A DNA stretch of 64,000 bases from Heterodontus francisci (Eukaryota). Both the position numbers and the translations under genes were made by a program. The notes below the pieces were generated by a model. That model was not told where the DNA came from. It made no database searches and was given only the letters and a program-made list of their open reading frames with translations. The stretch spans positions 372,001 to 436,000 of the forward strand of contig NW_027142279.1 of NCBI RefSeq assembly GCF_036365525.1, in the 5' to 3' direction. Shown here one piece after another: positions 36,743 to 49,421 of this stretch; the first letter of the stretch is position 1; every line of letters starts with the position of its first letter.

Positions 36743-36775
36743 ATTTCAGGAAAGTTGATGAAAAGTTTCGATTAA
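36743..36775 (+). pseudogene. TRBC: Candidate TRBC-like exon 4 (cytoplasmic tail ISGKLMKSFD*)
   Basis: Strong polypyrimidine acceptor CCTTCCAG; phase 0 matches exon 3; short basic tail; AATAAA downstream. Confidence 0.6.
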
Positions 36776-37157
36776 CTAAGCGGGGCCAAAAACTCTGCAA
36801 CAGGGCACTCGTCACAACATATCCTTCAGAAATATGGGAAAGGAGGAGGAGGCTATTGGGTCATATCCCGATCATTGATATGTTGTCATTTTCTATTGGT
36901 TAGTAACAGTTCGGCATCTGGCAAAACCCATTAGGTCTTTCAGAGGAATTGGATTACAACATAATTAAAATTTATGTCTCAATTGCTATTCAATTCATTT
37001 AACCACTTGTCAGCTGGTTAGCTGAGCTCGTTAATCTACTTTAACTAGTTGAGATGTCTCCTGTCCATCTTTGAACCGTTTGCACACTGAGCTTCATTTC
37101 TTTAAGTTGAGCTTCTTCATGAAGCACCCTTCTCTCTCTTGTGACATCAAGCAGGCT

Positions 37158-37163
37158 AATAAA
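37158..37163 (+). terminator. Candidate polyadenylation signal of the C gene
   Basis: AATAAA about 380 nt after the exon 4 stop, with a GT/T-rich tract downstream. Confidence 0.5.
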
Positions 37164-37629
37164 AAGATCTGTGGAAATGATACGCTGTTGTTTTCACTCT
37201 GCTTTTCGCACCTTTACACAACATTTCACCAGGCATTGCAGTTCGCCAGCTCGCAGGAGAAAATGCAGAACAGATACTGAGCTGAAAACAACATGACAAA
37301 CACACAGCAGGAACAGAGTCGAAAGGGGCTCCTGAGGATGGGAGGAAATAACACGGCGGGCACATCAGTATTTTGGAGGAGTTTAGGATGGAGGGTCAAT
37401 AGGGAATGTTAATAAGGGATGCTGGGTGGGTGCCCAGCACAGCTTTTTGTATGACCGACTGGCTTGCCCAGTCATTTCAGAGTCAGCCACATTGTTGCAG
37501 GAATGGAGTCACCTTTTAGGCCAGGCCGGTTAAAGATGACAGATTTCCTTCTCTCAGTGAGAGATGGGTTTTTCAGGCAATCCAGTAGTTTTATGCTCAC
37601 CATGACTGAGACCAGCTTTTATCATTTTT

Positions 37630-38030
37630 TAAATTCGTTCATAGGATGTGGGCGTCGCTGGCCAGGCCAGCATTTATTGTCCATCTCTAATTGCCCTTGA
37701 GAAGGTGGTGGTGAGCTGCCTTCTTGAACCACTGCAGTCCATGTGGGGTCGTTACATCCAAAGTGCTGTTAGGAAGGGAGTTCTAGGATTTTGACCCAGC
37801 GACAGTGAAGGAACGGCGATATAGTTCCAAGTCAGCATGGTGTGTGACTTGGAGGGGAGCTTGCAGGTGGTGGTGTTCCGATGCATCTGCTGCCCTTGTC
37901 ATTCTAGTTGGTAGAGGTCGCGAGTTTGGAATGTGCTGTCTAAGGAGCCTTTGTGCATTGCTGCAGTGCATCTTGTAGATGGTACACACTGCTGCCACTG
38001 TGTGTCGGTGGTGGAGGGAGTGAATGTTTA
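37630..38030 (-). mobile_element. LINE 3' fragment, same family as 1290-1862
   Basis: Closely similar sequence and ORF TIYKMHCSN..LLRQH. Confidence 0.75.
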
Positions 38031-38224
38031 TCTAACTCAGTGAACGTACATTATCCAGCTTGCTGGGATTCGAATTCACGTCACCAAGTTATTAGCCCAG
38101 GCCTTTAGATTACTAGCCCAGTAACGTAACACTTTCCTACCTTCCACTTCAACGTTCTTTGGAGCCTCAGCCCTAGGAGTGGAAAATACAAAAGTGGGCG
38201 GGTTTCTACGTGCGATTCACTCAC

Positions 38225-38390
38225 TGTTAAACCCACACACCAGCCTGTTTTTCTTACTTAAGCCGTTTAAACGTTTGCAGCTGCACTCTGATAACCGCAC
38301 ATCCTGACTGCGTGTTTCCTGTCTCTGTGTCTCTCTGTATAATTCGATTCTGCTGCTGTGTTGTTCTGACAAAGTCTTTCCACAAAAAAA
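38225..38390. promoter_or_regulatory. Candidate TCR-beta-type 3' enhancer
   Basis: E-box CAGCTG 38278-38283, GATA TGATAA 38289-38294, Runx AACCGCA 38293-38299, Ets CATCCTG 38300-38306 and TTTCCTG 38315-38321, about 1.1 kb 3' of the polyA signal. Confidence 0.55.
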
Positions 38391-39064
38391 CAAGGAAAGA
38401 AAGCAGTACAGAGGAATTTGCAGGTAGTTAGGGCGACGAATTGAATTAACAGGGGAGATAGGAGGAGTTGCATTAGCTGGGTTGATCTTGCAGAGAGCTG
38501 GAATTGACTCGATGGGCCAAATGGCCTCCTTCTGTACTGTAACCAGTCTCTGATTCTATGATAGATTCCCTGTGGTCGGAGAATCTGAAAATATATTTGA
38601 TCAGTCAATCAAGTGTGAAGGAAATGCAACACCCAACATGTTTACATTGCTGACTCTTTATTCCCTCAGGTATAGAAGATTAAACGGTGATCTGACTGAG
38701 GTGTTTAAAATGATTGAATGTGTTGATAGGCTAGATAGAGATAAACTATATCCTGTTGTTGGGGGCGGGGCACGGGGGCAGAACAAGGTGGTCTAAACCC
38801 AAACATCGAGCCAGGCTATTCAGGAGTGATGTCAGGAAGCATTTCTTCACACAAAGGGGCGTGGAAATCTGTTTCCTGTGTGCAGATTTGCGTTTGTAAG
38901 GTCAATATAATTTTGCACGAATGGTGGGGTAGTGATTCCTTCAGAAGAACAACATTTTATCTTTAAGACAAGCAGTTAAACTATAAATGCATGTGCCAGA
39001 GCAGCATTTACCCCACATGATGGTATTGTTTTTCATTACACCTCTATTCATTATCAGAATGTCT

Positions 39065-39975
39065 ATTGCACCATCTCTCTTTCTCTCTCTCTCTGTATCT
39101 CCCTGTTTCTACCTCTGTTTCTCCCTGTTTCTACCTCTGTTTCTCTGTATCTATCTGTCTGTCTGTCTATCTATCTGTCTATCAGTCTATCTACCTCCCT
39201 ATCTGTCTGTCTATGCCTATCTAATTATCTGTCTGTCTACCTATTTCACTCTCTATATAGAATCTTTATCCATCAGTATTTATCTACAAATCTATCTGTT
39301 GTTACCTCTGTCCATCTATTCTCTATAACCATCTATAGAACTCCCAATTCATTTCTTTTACTCTCTCTATCTATTTATTTATCTATCTGCCTAGCCATCG
39401 CTCTATCGATCTATCTGTCTATCTCTCTATCAATCTGTCCATCTATTTCTCGATAACCATCTATGGAACTCCCAATTCATTTCTTTCACTCTATCTATTT
39501 ATTTATCTATCTGCCGAGCCATCGTTCTATCGATCTATCTGTATGTCTCTCAATCAATCTGTCTATCTATTTCTCTATCTATTGCTCTCTCCATCCATCA
39601 CTTCCTTTCTTTATATCCAACTATCTCCCTATCCATTTATTCCAACACTTCATCTATCTATTTGTTCATAACTTTCTTTAACTAACTATATACCCATCAC
39701 TCTATCTATCTATTGATCTCCCTATTCATCTATTTCTTTATATCCATCTATCTCTTCATCTCGATCTCTCTCCCTGTATCTCCATCTCTATCTATTGATG
39801 TCTCTATCTATTGATCTCTCTATCCATACATATCTCTTATATGTCTATATATGTCTATATGAGTGGTGTCAGTGAGTGGGGTCAGTGAGTGTGGACAGTG
39901 AGTGGAGTCAGTGAGTTGGGTTAGTGAGCGGGGACAGTGAGTGGAGTCAGAGACAGAGAGAGAGAGAGATAGAGT

Positions 39976-40007
<32 letters not shown>

Positions 40008-40170
40008 CGCACAGCGAGAGAGAAAGAGACCTAATGCGTGCATCTGTGAGAGGGAGACTAGGATAAAGAGACTGAGACATACAGGGAGGCAGAGAATGAG
40101 TGACAGACAGAGAGAAAGAAAGAAACGGTGCGAGTAAGTGACAGGGAGAGACAGAGAGAAAGAGAGAGAA
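39065..40170. repeat. TCTA-rich tract, short remnant of the 13-bp satellite (about 39858-39950) and AG tract
   Basis: Direct inspection. Confidence 0.85.
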
Positions 40171-40360
40171 AGTGGGACATTGACAACCAACTCGAGTCTG
40201 ATTTGTTGATGTGGAAAATGAACGTCACCATCTCTGCATCACTTCCTAATTCTCTGCCTGTTCCTCCCAATGATTTGTAAAGAGTGGGTTGGTTATTGAC
40301 AACACTCATCACTCCTGCTCTCTCCCCTTTGCTGATTCAGAGGGCAGCTTAAAGTAAAAG

Positions 40361-40843
40361 ATGTATCTATTACTGACTCTGCTCACCCTGTTTCACTGTA
40401 AGGGATTTTATTGAAACAATAATTCTATTTAACATTTCTTTAGGTTATGTTTTTATTTACATCTCTCTTTCTTTCTCCCTTTCTCTCTCCCCACTGGACT
40501 GAAGCTCCCTGTTTACTGATCTCCTCCTCTCCCTGTCTCTTTCCCAGATGTGAACTCACAGACTATCCGCCAGACTCCCGCCGCTGTCTCCAAATTTTCT
40601 GGGGAGCAGGTGAAGCTGAAATGCACCGTGGATGGCACCAGTAACCCTTACATGTACTGGTACAGACAATACCCAGGGAAGAAGCCGCAGCTGATGTTTT
40701 ACTCACGAACTGTACAAAACGTGAACTCAGAGGGGACGGTGGAGGGTTTCACCGCCGAAAGACCAACTGGCTCCGAGTTCTACCTGGAGTCCTCCAGCCT
40801 GCGGGAGAATCACTCGGCCGTGTATTTCTGTGCCTGGAGTATT
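40361..40843 (+). CDS. TRBV: TRBV30-like segment V8, apparently functional: leader 40361-40397, V exon 40548-40843
   Basis: ATG, GTAAGG donor, SQTIRQ..CTVDGTSNPYMYWYRQ..QLMFYS..YFCAWSI. RSS CACAGTG 40844-40850, 23 nt, ACAAAAACA 40874-40882. Confidence 0.93.
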
Positions 40844-41303
40844 CACAGTGACTCGGAGAGATGAAGCAGTTCAACAAAAACACCAAAGGCAGCAGGAAAC
40901 ACCTGTGGAGGATAAAATTGTTCTGTGCCTCACTTGTGCAGAGTGATAGTGTTTATTATAATAAAAAGAATTGAGTTATGATTGTAGTGACAAATTGAAT
41001 TTACAGATACTGGCGAGGGTGCAAAGAACGATTAATAGGGATGTCACGAGTCAGGGAGACACAGATAGAGCCAAAGACAGCGAGACAGTGAGAGAGACAT
41101 AATGAGAGAGAGAGAGAGTGGACAGCGAGAGAGAGAAGGAGGGAAAGAGAGACAGAGATTTAAAAAAAGCCTGAGACAGATAGGGAGACAGAGATAGAGA
41201 GAAAGACAGTGACAGAGAAAGAACTAAAGAGATAGTAAAAGTAAGAGATTGGGAGAGAGAGAGAGAGAGAGAGTCGGAGAGAAAGGGAGAGAGCGGAACG
41301 TAA

Positions 41304-41347
<44 letters not shown>

Positions 41348-41533
41348 AGATTGGCAACCAATTTGATTGTGATTTGTTGAACTGGGTGAATGGGCGTCTC
41401 CAACATTGTATAACTTCCTACTGCTCTTCATGTTCCTCCCAATGATTTGTAAAGAGTGGATTTGGACCCTCACCAGACTCTAAGCTCCTGCTCTCACTCC
41501 TGTGTCTATTAAGAGAACAAGTTGTACTGAAAG

Positions 41534-41981
41534 AAGTATCAGTTACTAGGTCTGATAATCCTGTTTCATTGTAAGTGAGTATGAAATACTCGTTAATAAC
41601 TTTCCTCTCCTCTCCCTGTCTTCCTTTCATTCCCAGAAGTTCCCTGTTTACTGATCTCCTCCTCTCTCCTTCTCTCTCCCAGATGTGAACTCACAGACTC
41701 TCCGCCAGACTCCCGCCGCTGTCTCCAGATTTCCTGGGAAAGGAGTGGAACTGAGGTGCACTGTGGAGGGGAGCAGCAGTAGCATCGAAATGTACTGGTA
41801 CAGGCAAGAGCCGGGGAAGGAGCCGCTGTTGATGTTTTACTCCAATACTGCTAACTATGTGGATCCAGAGGGGACGGTGGATGGTTTCACCGCTGAGAGA
41901 CCGACTAGCTCCCAGTTCAACCTGGAGTCCTCCAACCTGCGGGAGAATCACTCGGCCGTGTATTTCTGTGCCTGGTGTCTT
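41534..41981 (+). pseudogene. TRBV: TRBV30-like V9: intact V exon 41683-41981 and RSS, start codon lost
   Basis: AAG at 41534 replaces ATG and an in-frame TGA lies at 41528. Donor GTAAGT at 41571. RSS CACAGTG 41982-41988, 23 nt, ACAAAAACC 42012-42020. Confidence 0.85.
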
Positions 41982-44302
41982 CACAGTGACTCAGAGAGAT
42001 GGAGCAGTTCAACAAAAACCCCAAAGGCAGCAGGAAACACCTGTTTCAGATAAAACCAGGCGGTGCTGCATCCTGTTGGGTGTTTTTTATAATTGGGAAC
42101 ATGTTTTTCGCAAGATGACAGGGCGGATTTAAAAAGAAAGTGACAGGTTAGATATAGAAACCCAGGGGAATTATGAAATAGACTTTACAGGAATTATATC
42201 GGAACATAGAGGTTAAAGTTATCAAGATAGATAGAACATCGGGGGATCTTTACTCCAGAAAGGAGAAGACTGAAGGGTAAACCTTCAGCGGTCTTGGAGA
42301 GATTATTAAAGATTTCAATATGTGAAATGAAGATCAGATAAAAACAGATAGATAGATAGATAGACAGACAGACAAACAGATAGATAGACAGATAGCTAGA
42401 TAGGTAGATAGATAAAGAGAGATAGATAGCGAGATAGATAGATCCATACAATACAGGCATACAAACGGTGTGGTTTTATGTCACTGTGTTTTCTTTCTCC
42501 AGAGGGACAGCAGAGTGCGCTGTAGGACCATGATAAACATCAGAGTCTGGGACACACTTTAACAGTGACCTGGGAACAAAAGGAGACCATTCATCACCAC
42601 GAAAACATTACGCCCTTCAATGAGATCATGACTGATCAATAACTTTCCGTCGCTCTCTCTCCATCCTTCTCTCTCCCACTCTCTCCATCCCTCTCTCCCC
42701 ATCTCTCTCTCTCTCCATCCCTCTCTCTCTCCCACCATCTCTCTTTCCCTCTCCCTCCATCCATCTTTCTCCATCCCTCCATCTCCATATCTCTCCATCC
42801 CTCTCTCTCCATTCCTCTCTCTCACTCGAGCTACCAAGCCAGTGTAAAATGACAGAATACCAATTAGCATCCCTGTCTTTTACAGGGGCAATGACTGTCT
42901 GTCTATCTAGCTCGCTATTTCTCTACCGATATGACTTTGCCTCTATCTCTCTATTTCTCTACCTCACTTTATATCTACCTGTCTAGCTGACAGTCTCTCT
43001 ATCTATCTCTCTAACTGGTTATCTATCTCTCTGTCTCTCTATCTATCTATCTCTCGAACTGGTTATCTCTCTCTCTGTATCTCTATCTATCTAACTCTAT
43101 CTTTAGGTGAATACAGTTTGTATGAACTAATTAAACATGCTGCAGTAATGTAATAAATGACCATCTTTTCATAGAGTTTCTATACATTGACCAGTAGATG
43201 ATGTGGTTTGTCATCATTTATCTATCAAAATCCTCTATGATCTTCAATATCTGTATCACATCTACCATTAACCTTCTCTGCTCTGAGGAGAGAAACCCCC
43301 AACTTCTCCAGTCTCTCCACAGTAACTGAAGTCCCTCATCCCTGGTACCAGTCTGGTTAATCTCCCTCTAACCTTCACTACACAGAGCCGAACAACCCCC
43401 CAATGCCCAGGAACTAACTCAGTTCAAAACCCTTAACCACCTGAGTGCTGTTCCACACTGTTCAAAGGCGAGACCCCTCTCCAGATACCTTCATCTCTGG
43501 GACCCCTGACTCCTGACAGCGAGTTCAGAAGCTGCTGAAAACTGTTTACCCACTTTGATCTCAGACTCCAGTCACATTTGATGTGTTCTTCAAAGAACCT
43601 AGCAATTCAGACCAGTGAACAATTTAACCCTTTAACTCCCATTCAGCAAGGAGGTATGGTAGCAGAGCAGTTATGTTACTGGACTAGTAATCCAGAGGCA
43701 TGGACTAATGATCCCCAGACATGAGTTCAATTCTCACCAGGGGCAGAAATGGAATTTAAATTTAATTCATTAAATAAATCAAAAAATTATCATGGAAAGT
43801 ATCAGTAATCCTGAACATGGAGTGTCATAAATACCCAACGTATTCACTGATGACATTCAGGGAAGGAAATCTGCTGTTCCAACCCGGTCTGGCCTATATG
43901 TGACTGCAGACCCACAACAATGCGGTTGACTATTAATTGCCCCCCGATATGGCCCAGCAGGTATTCCTGAAGATGGTTCACCGCCACCTTCTCAGGGGCA
44001 ATAAGGGATGTACACACTCTCTGGGATTAGAGGGTTGTTTCCCTGAATTCTACTCTATCAAAGCGCTTTCTGAAATGTGAACACCTCTATTCAATCTCCC
44101 CCTATCCTCCTGTGTTGTATCATTCTACAACATTGCTATGTAAAGTAATGGGGTGGAGCAGAGTGTCGCAGTAAGTGACTGCCAATCTCAATAACAACCG
44201 GATGCTGGGTATTTAATTGGATATAATATAGAAACCGCCTGCAAGTTTGTTGCTGAAAACGCCACACGTTCACACATCGAGTTAGTATCGAATGAAGAAA
44301 TC

Positions 44303-45168
44303 ATGTTGCATGAAGTTCTCTATCTAATCTTGATGGCTGCACTCTTCCCACGTAAGTCAAAGTCAGAAACTGTGCAGAATAATGTATTGTAATGTCAGCG
44401 GTGATTCTGTCCGGAACACTCCTGTGTCAGAGTCTAACTCCAGAACACTTGAGGTCAAAGTCAAAACTAATACCCCAGGTGTCAGGACCGAGGGAGTGCT
44501 GCACTATCGCAGAGGTAGTACTGAGGGAGTGCTGCATTGTCGCTGAGGCAGGACTGAGAGAGTGCTGCACTGTCACAGAGGCAGCGCTGAGGGATTGCTG
44601 CACTGTCGCAGAGGCAGTACTGAGGGAGTGCTGCACTGTCGCAGAGGCACTATTGAGGAAGTGCTGCACTGTCGACGAAGCAGTACTGAGGGAGTGCTGC
44701 ATTGTCGCAGAGGCAGTACTGAGGGAGTACCTACATTGGTTGCATGCCCTTTCTGATGTCCTGAGGACCTGAACGGCGCTATATTAATGTAAGCCCTTTA
44801 TTTCTTGCAATGCAGCTCCTGCTCCAATCCATTATTGACTGAAATAATAATCTAATCGATGTTCCATTCCACAGGAATACTCTCCTCCTATGTGGAACAG
44901 TCGCCCTCTATCCTATCGATTGCAGCAGGAGAGTCGACAACATTCAGATGCACGCTGATCAATACTGGCTATTCCCAAATGTACTGGTACAGACAACAAC
45001 CAGACAGGGCACCTGACGTTCTGTTCTATTCTGCTACAGAAGGGTCTGTTACCAATTACACGTCCGAGTCATTTAAGGCAGTCCGAGCCAGCAATACACT
45101 GTTTACTTTGGCACTGAGAGACGCCAATCCATCTCACACCGCTGTCTATTTCTGCGCTTGTAGTCTTG
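44303..45168 (+). CDS. TRBV: V segment V10 (family A), apparently functional: leader 44303-44351, V exon 44875-45168
   Basis: MLHEVLYLILMAALFP|GTAAGT. Exon SYVEQSP..FRC..MYWYRQ..YFCACSL. RSS CACAGTG 45169-45175, 23 nt, GCAAAAACC 45199-45207. Confidence 0.9.
44490..44730 (+). repeat. 33-bp tandem repeat in the V10 leader intron; the tail of the same repeat is at 1-60
   Basis: Unit GAGGGAGTGCTGCACTGTCGCAGAGGCAGTACT, about 7 copies. Confidence 0.9.
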
Positions 45169-45227
45169 CACAGTGTTTGAAAAAGCGGATCCGCAGCTGC
45201 AAAAACCTGCAGCGGATGAATGGGAGT

Positions 45228-45448
45228 TCAGTGCTTATCATCTACCGTCAGGGGGAAGCAGTGGATTGAATCTCATTGCTCATCTTCCACCAGCAGGGTG
45301 CAGCAGTAGATTGAATCTCAGTGCTCATCTTCCACCAGCAGGGGGCAGCAGTAGATTGAATCTCAGTGCTCATTTTCCGCCGACAGGGGGCAACAGTAGA
45401 TTGAATCTCAGTGCTCATTTTCCGCCAGCAGGTGGCAGCAGTAGATTT
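45228..45448 (+). repeat. 45-bp CTCF-motif repeat, about 5 units, after the V10 RSS
   Basis: Paralog of 556-907. Confidence 0.85.
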
Positions 45449-46380
45449 GAGCCACCCTGATGGTTATGGACCCAGTAATGAGCACAGACCAAGCTGTGGA
45501 ATAGATCAGCAGCCCAGTGTGACCCAGATATTGTTCCACCTACTTCCCTCGGGAAGGTGTTGCAGAAAACGTTTGCCAGGAGTCCCACCTGACTATTTAA
45601 GAATCAACATCTGTCTGTTTTTTTCTTAATTCGTTCATGGGATATGGGCCTCGCTGGTTAGGCTTCCATTTATTGTCGATCTCGAATTTCCCTCGAACTG
45701 AGTGGCTTGTTAGGCCATTGCAGAGGGCATTTAAGAGTAAACCACATTGCTGTGGATCTGGAGTTACATGTAGGCCAGACCAGCTGAAGGCGGCAGATTT
45801 CCTTCCAGAACAAACATCAGTGAACCTGATGGATTTTGAAACAATGGTCACCATTAGACGAGCTTTAAAAAAACAACAGATTCATTTATGACATTGAAAT
45901 GTCATGATCTGTATTGGTGAGATTCACCCCCACGTCGCTAAAACACTAGCTGAGGCTGTGGATTAGGAGTCTAGTTAAATTAGCAACACACGAATACATC
46001 CCCTACAGGAGCAAATCATTTGGAATGCAGATGTCTATCATTGGAAATCTACATGTGGCTAATGTGGGAATGCCGATGAGGTTCATTGGGAATCTGGATA
46101 TGAACAGTTGGAGATTTCTAATCAGTAAATTAGAAACTGAACAACAGACACCCTTGTTGGGGATATTAACAACACTTACTCCAGTCACTCAACCATCAAA
46201 AGCAACCACGTCCATTCTGATTGGTTGGGTGGTGGAAGGGGGAGTGTCCAACACTGCATCACTTCCTCATGCCCTTCATGTTTTCCTCAATGATTTGCAA
46301 AGAGCGGATTGGTTAGTCACAGAACTGATCTCCTCTGTTCCACTGCCTTTGCTGTTTGATAGGGCAGTGTCAAGTGGGAG

Positions 46381-46832
46381 ATGTATCTGTTCCTGGCTCT
46401 GATAATCCTGGGTCAACGTGAGTGCCAGATACAAAGATTATCCTTCAGAACCTTCCTCTCCTCTCCCTGTCTTCCTTTCATTACCAGATGTTCCCTGTTT
46501 ACTGATCTCCTCCTCTCTCCATCTCTCTCCCAGATGTGAACTCACAGACTATCCAACAGACTCCCGCTGCTGTCTCCAGATTAGCCGGGAAAGGAGTGGA
46601 ACTGAGGTGCACTGTGGAGGGGAGCAGCAGTAGCATCGAAATGTACTGGTACAGACAAGAGCCGGGGAAGGAGCCGCTGTTGATGTTTTACTCCAGAACT
46701 GCTAACTATGTGGATCCAGAGGGGACGGTGGACGGTTTCAGCGCCGAGAGACCGACTCGCTCCCAGTTCAACCTGGAGGCCTCCAGCCTGTGGGAGAATC
46801 ACTCGGCCATGTATTTCTGTGCCTGGAGTCTT
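46381..46832 (+). CDS. TRBV: TRBV30-like segment V11, apparently functional: leader 46381-46417, V exon 46534-46832
   Basis: ATG, GTGAGT donor, open exon with YWYRQ and YFCAWSL. RSS CACAGTG 46833-46839, 23 nt, ACAAAAACT 46863-46871. Confidence 0.92.
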
Positions 46833-47199
46833 CACAGTGACTCAGAGAGATGGCGCTGTTCAACAAAAACTCCAAAGGCAGCAGGAAACACCTGTTTCAG
46901 ATAAAACCAGGCGGTGCTGCGTCTTGTTGGGTGTTTTTATCATTGGGAACATGTTTTTCACAAGACGACAGGGCGGATTTAAATAGAAAGTGACAGGTTA
47001 GATTTAGAAACACAGGGGAATTGTGAAATAGACTTTACAGGAATGATATCAGAGGAGAGAGGTTAAAGTTATCAAGAGAATTTGAACTTCGGGAATCTTT
47101 GTTCCAGAAAGGAGAAGACTGAAGGGTGAACTTTCAGCGGTCTTAGAGAGATTATTAAAGATTTTAAAATGTGAAGTGAAGATCAGATAAAGACAGATC

Positions 47200-47264
<65 letters not shown>

Positions 47265-48726
47265 GGAGTTAATTAGATAGAGAAAAAGATAGATAGGTAG
47301 AGAGATAGAAAGGTAGATATATAGATGGATGGATGGATGGATGGATACGGCGTGGTTTTATTTCACTGCGTTTTCTTTCTCCAAAGGGAATGCAGAGTGT
47401 GCTGTAGGACCATAATAAACATCACAGTCTGGAACAAACTTTAACAATGACCTGGGAACACAAGGAGAACATTCATCACCTCGAAAACACTCCGCCATTC
47501 AATGAGATCATGACTGATCAATAGATGCCCATCGCTCCCTCTCTCTCTCTTTCTCTCTCTCTCTCCATCTGTCTACATCCCTACTCTCTCCCCCTCTCCC
47601 CATCCTACTCTCTCCCCCTGTCTTCATCCCTCTCTCTCCATCTCTCTCTCTTCCTCCCTCTCCCTCTCTCTCCATCCCTCTCTCACCCACTAGCTGCCAA
47701 GCTGGTGTAAAATGAGAGAATGCCAATTAACATTCCTATCTTTTACAGGGGCAGTGACTGTCTCTCTATCTAGCTCGCTATTTCTCTACCTCTCTGACTT
47801 TCCCTCTATCTCTCTATTTCTCTTCCTCTGTATCTATCTGTCTACCTGACTGTCTCTCTATCTATCTATCTCTCTACCTGGTTATCTATCTCTCCGTCCC
47901 TCCATCTATCCATCTCTCTTCTTGGTTGTCTATCTCTCTATCTATCTCTCTACCTGGTTTTATATCTCTCTGTCTCTCTGTCTATTTATCTCTGTACCTG
48001 GTTATCTATCTCTCTGTCTCTCTATATATCTATATCTCGAACTGGTTATCTATCTCTCTATCGATCTAACTCTATCTTTAGGTGATTACACTTTGTATGA
48101 AATAATTAAAAATACTGCAATAATGTAATGATTGACCATCTTTTTATAGATTTTCCAGATATTGACCAGGAGATGATGTGGTTTGTCATCAATTATCTAT
48201 CAAAATCCTCTATGATCTTGAATATCTGTATCACATCTACCATTAACGTTCTCTGCTTTAAGGAGAGAAACCCCCAGCTTCTCCAGTCTCTCCACAGTTC
48301 CTGAAGTCCCTCATCCCTGGTACCAGTCTGGTTAATCTCCCTCTAACCTTCACTACACAGAGGAAAACAACCCCCAATGCACAGGAACTCAATACATCCG
48401 GTGATGAAACACAGAGACCGAAAGGGTGAATCAGGGAGACATAGAGAGGAAAAATGAATGGGACAGAGGGAGACAGAGNNNNNNNNNNNNNNNNNNNNNN
48501 NNNNNNNNNNNNNNNNNNNNNNNNNNNNNNNNNNNNNNNNNNNNNNNNNNNNNNNNNNNNNNNNNNNNNNNNNNNNNNNNNNNNNNNNNNNNNNNNNNNN
48601 NNNNNNNNNNNNNNNNNNNNNNNNAGAGAGTGAAAGAATGGGAGACATAAAACTCGATACATGCAGAGAGAGAGAGAGAGTGAGAAACAAAGAGTAAGAA
48701 AGAGAGAGGAAGGCGGATTGAGATAG

Positions 48727-48759
<33 letters not shown>

Positions 48760-48935
48760 CATTGTCAACCTACTCCACTCTAACTTGTTGAGCTGGGCGT
48801 CACCATCTCTGCATCACTTCCTAATGATTTCCCTGTTCCTCCCAATGATTTGTAAAGAGTGGGCTGGTTATTGACAACACTCATCACTCCTGCTCTCTCC
48901 CCTTTGCTGATTCAGCGGGCAGCTTAAAGTAAAAG

Positions 48936-49421
48936 GTGTGTCTGTTACTGACTCTGATCACCCTGTTTCACCGGAAGGGATTTTATTGGAACAATAATTC
49001 TACTTAACATTTCTTTTGGATATGTTTTTATTTCTCCCATTCTCTCTTTCTTTCCCTCTTTCTCTCTCCCCACTGGACTGAAGTTCCCTGTTTACTGATC
49101 TCCTCCTCTCCCTGTCTCTTTCCCAGATGTGAACTCACAGACTATCCGCCAGGCTCCCGCCGCTCTCTCCAAATCTCCTGGGGAGCAGGTGAAGCTGAAA
49201 TGCACCGTGGATGGTACCATAACCCTTACATGTACTGGTACAGACAACACCCGAGGAAGGAACCGCAGCTGATGTTTTCCTCTCTAACTGCACAAAGGGT
49301 GAACTCAGAGGGGACGGTAGAGAGTTTCACCACTGAAAGACCAACTGACTCCGACTTCAACCTGGAGTCCTCCAGCCTGCGGGAGAATCACTCGGCCGTG
49401 TATTTCTGTGCCTGGAGACAT
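48936..49421 (+). pseudogene. TRBV: TRBV30-like pseudogene V12 (paralog of V4), V exon 49127-49421
   Basis: GTG start, GGAAGG donor and 21-nt RSS spacer (49422-49458) as in V4, plus a 1-bp deletion near 49219. Confidence 0.9.
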
